From: a virus | Reading direction: 5' to 3' (one strand) | Length of the DNA stretch: 64,000 nt | Virus record (IMG/VR): IMGVR_UViG_3300044618_000713 | Location: 1 to 64,000 of that record | Shown here: positions 63,441 to 64,000 of the stretch, piece by piece | How the letters are laid out: every line of letters starts with the position of its first letter | Numbering within the stretch: the stretch's first letter is position 1 | Program-made: the position numbers and the translations under genes | Notes under the pieces: model-generated | What the model was told of the DNA's origin: nothing | The model's database searches: none | Seen by the model: the letters and a program-made list of their open reading frames with translations, nothing else

Positions 63441-63783
63441 AAAGCGCCATCCCGATAAACGCCAATACTAAGCCTTTGAAATTGCTAGGCTTTTAATTAA
63501 CGTCCTATATAGCCGTAAGCACCAAAAACGCCAAAGAATTGCAGATTGGCTTGTGCTTTCAATGGCTTAGGCCGATCACGGCATTAAAGGCAATTAAATG
63601 ATTTATGGGTGAAGGCGGAAGGGGAGACCCGGACGGGTGGCTGGTGGTGGGTGGTGGCGTGGTGGTACTGTAATATATATAAATAGTATAATTCTCTCTA
63701 TATACATACAACACTAGCAACATCAAGCACTTGCACGATCCATTTACGGGTGACGCCCCACCCTCGAATAAGACCCCTTAAAT

Positions 63784-63813
63784 AAGAAAAGGCCCCGGAT
63801 CGCTCCGAGGCCC
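63784..63813 (-). terminator. Rho-independent terminator
   Basis: GGCCTCGGA-GCGA-TCCGGGGCC-TTTTCTT. Confidence 0.6.
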
Positions 63814-63836
63814 TATCAAAATGATATGTCACTAGG

Positions 63837-64000
63837 TCAATCTTCCGTAGCCTCCTGTGCCGGGATAAACCACGCCATGCGAGGCCTTCCTCGCTGGCCC
63901 TTGTTCGTGTGGCGGCATTGGATGCCGTAGTCGGCAACCAGCTTGTCCATCACCTGGCCCCGGTCTCGGAGCGTCAAGGCGTCAAACGCAGAGATGCGAT
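63837..64000 (-). CDS. 3' end of a gene cut by the window edge (possibly primase/helicase winged-helix tail)
   Basis: Open frame RISAFDALTLRDRGQVMDKL...GQRGRPRMAWFIP... Confidence 0.45.
   Translation of the reverse strand, partial: RISAFDALTLRDRGQVMDKLVADYGIQCRHTNKGQRGRPRMAWFIPAQEATED

Larger units (their letters stand above)
38075..64000. mobile_element. Phage B: HK97/RcGTA-like siphovirus, partial (lysis, tail, head, packaging, start of early region)
   Basis: HK97 capsid, protease and portal, MuF, tail tube, tape measure and terminase in canonical order on the minus strand; runs off the window end. Confidence 0.9.

Noticed and set aside
63698-63937. 79-aa minus-strand ORF
   Set aside because: Crosses a terminator; a different frame ending at 63837 looks like the true gene end
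1-64000. tRNA/rRNA genes or stop-codon reassignment
   Set aside because: No cloverleaf or rRNA-like segment recognised by eye; genes are intact under the standard code

Overview
The window is entirely phage DNA (about 60% GC by eye; an alphaproteobacterial host is inferred from RcGTA-type head-spike genes and promoter style) and holds two different tailed-phage genomes joined end to end. Phage A (1-38074) looks like a complete, circularly permuted 38,074-bp podovirus. It has a P22-like terminase, portal, scaffold, coat, gp4, gp10, tail needle, ejection proteins and tailspike, an early region with repeated structured intergenic elements, and an APSE-like replication set (RepB primase-helicase, PolA, SSB, Cas4-like DUF2800, VRR-NUC, C5-methyltransferase, SNF2 helicase). 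No integrase or repressor is recognisable. Phage B (38075-64000, truncated) is an HK97/RcGTA-like siphovirus with lysis, tail, head, terminase, C5-MTase, ParB and HTH genes. Bases 1-127 are repeated exactly at 38075-38201, the signature of a k=127 assembly junction, so the join is probably chimeric, though a real cointegrate cannot be excluded. The two phages share a lysis cassette, a head-fibre gene and a short TExG tail motif. Main leads: (i) a C5-methyltransferase that appears to be encoded as two polypeptides in overlapping frames, with four GWxTP repeats; (ii) a covarying repeated hairpin between early genes; (iii) a possible TExG/ISxL docking pair used by both a podovirus and a siphovirus; (iv) a DDxxD helical protein where P22-like phages carry gp14; (v) leaderless TTGTG-type promoters next to an XRE/sigma-region-4 fusion. 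All functional calls come from motif recognition and gene order, not database searches.
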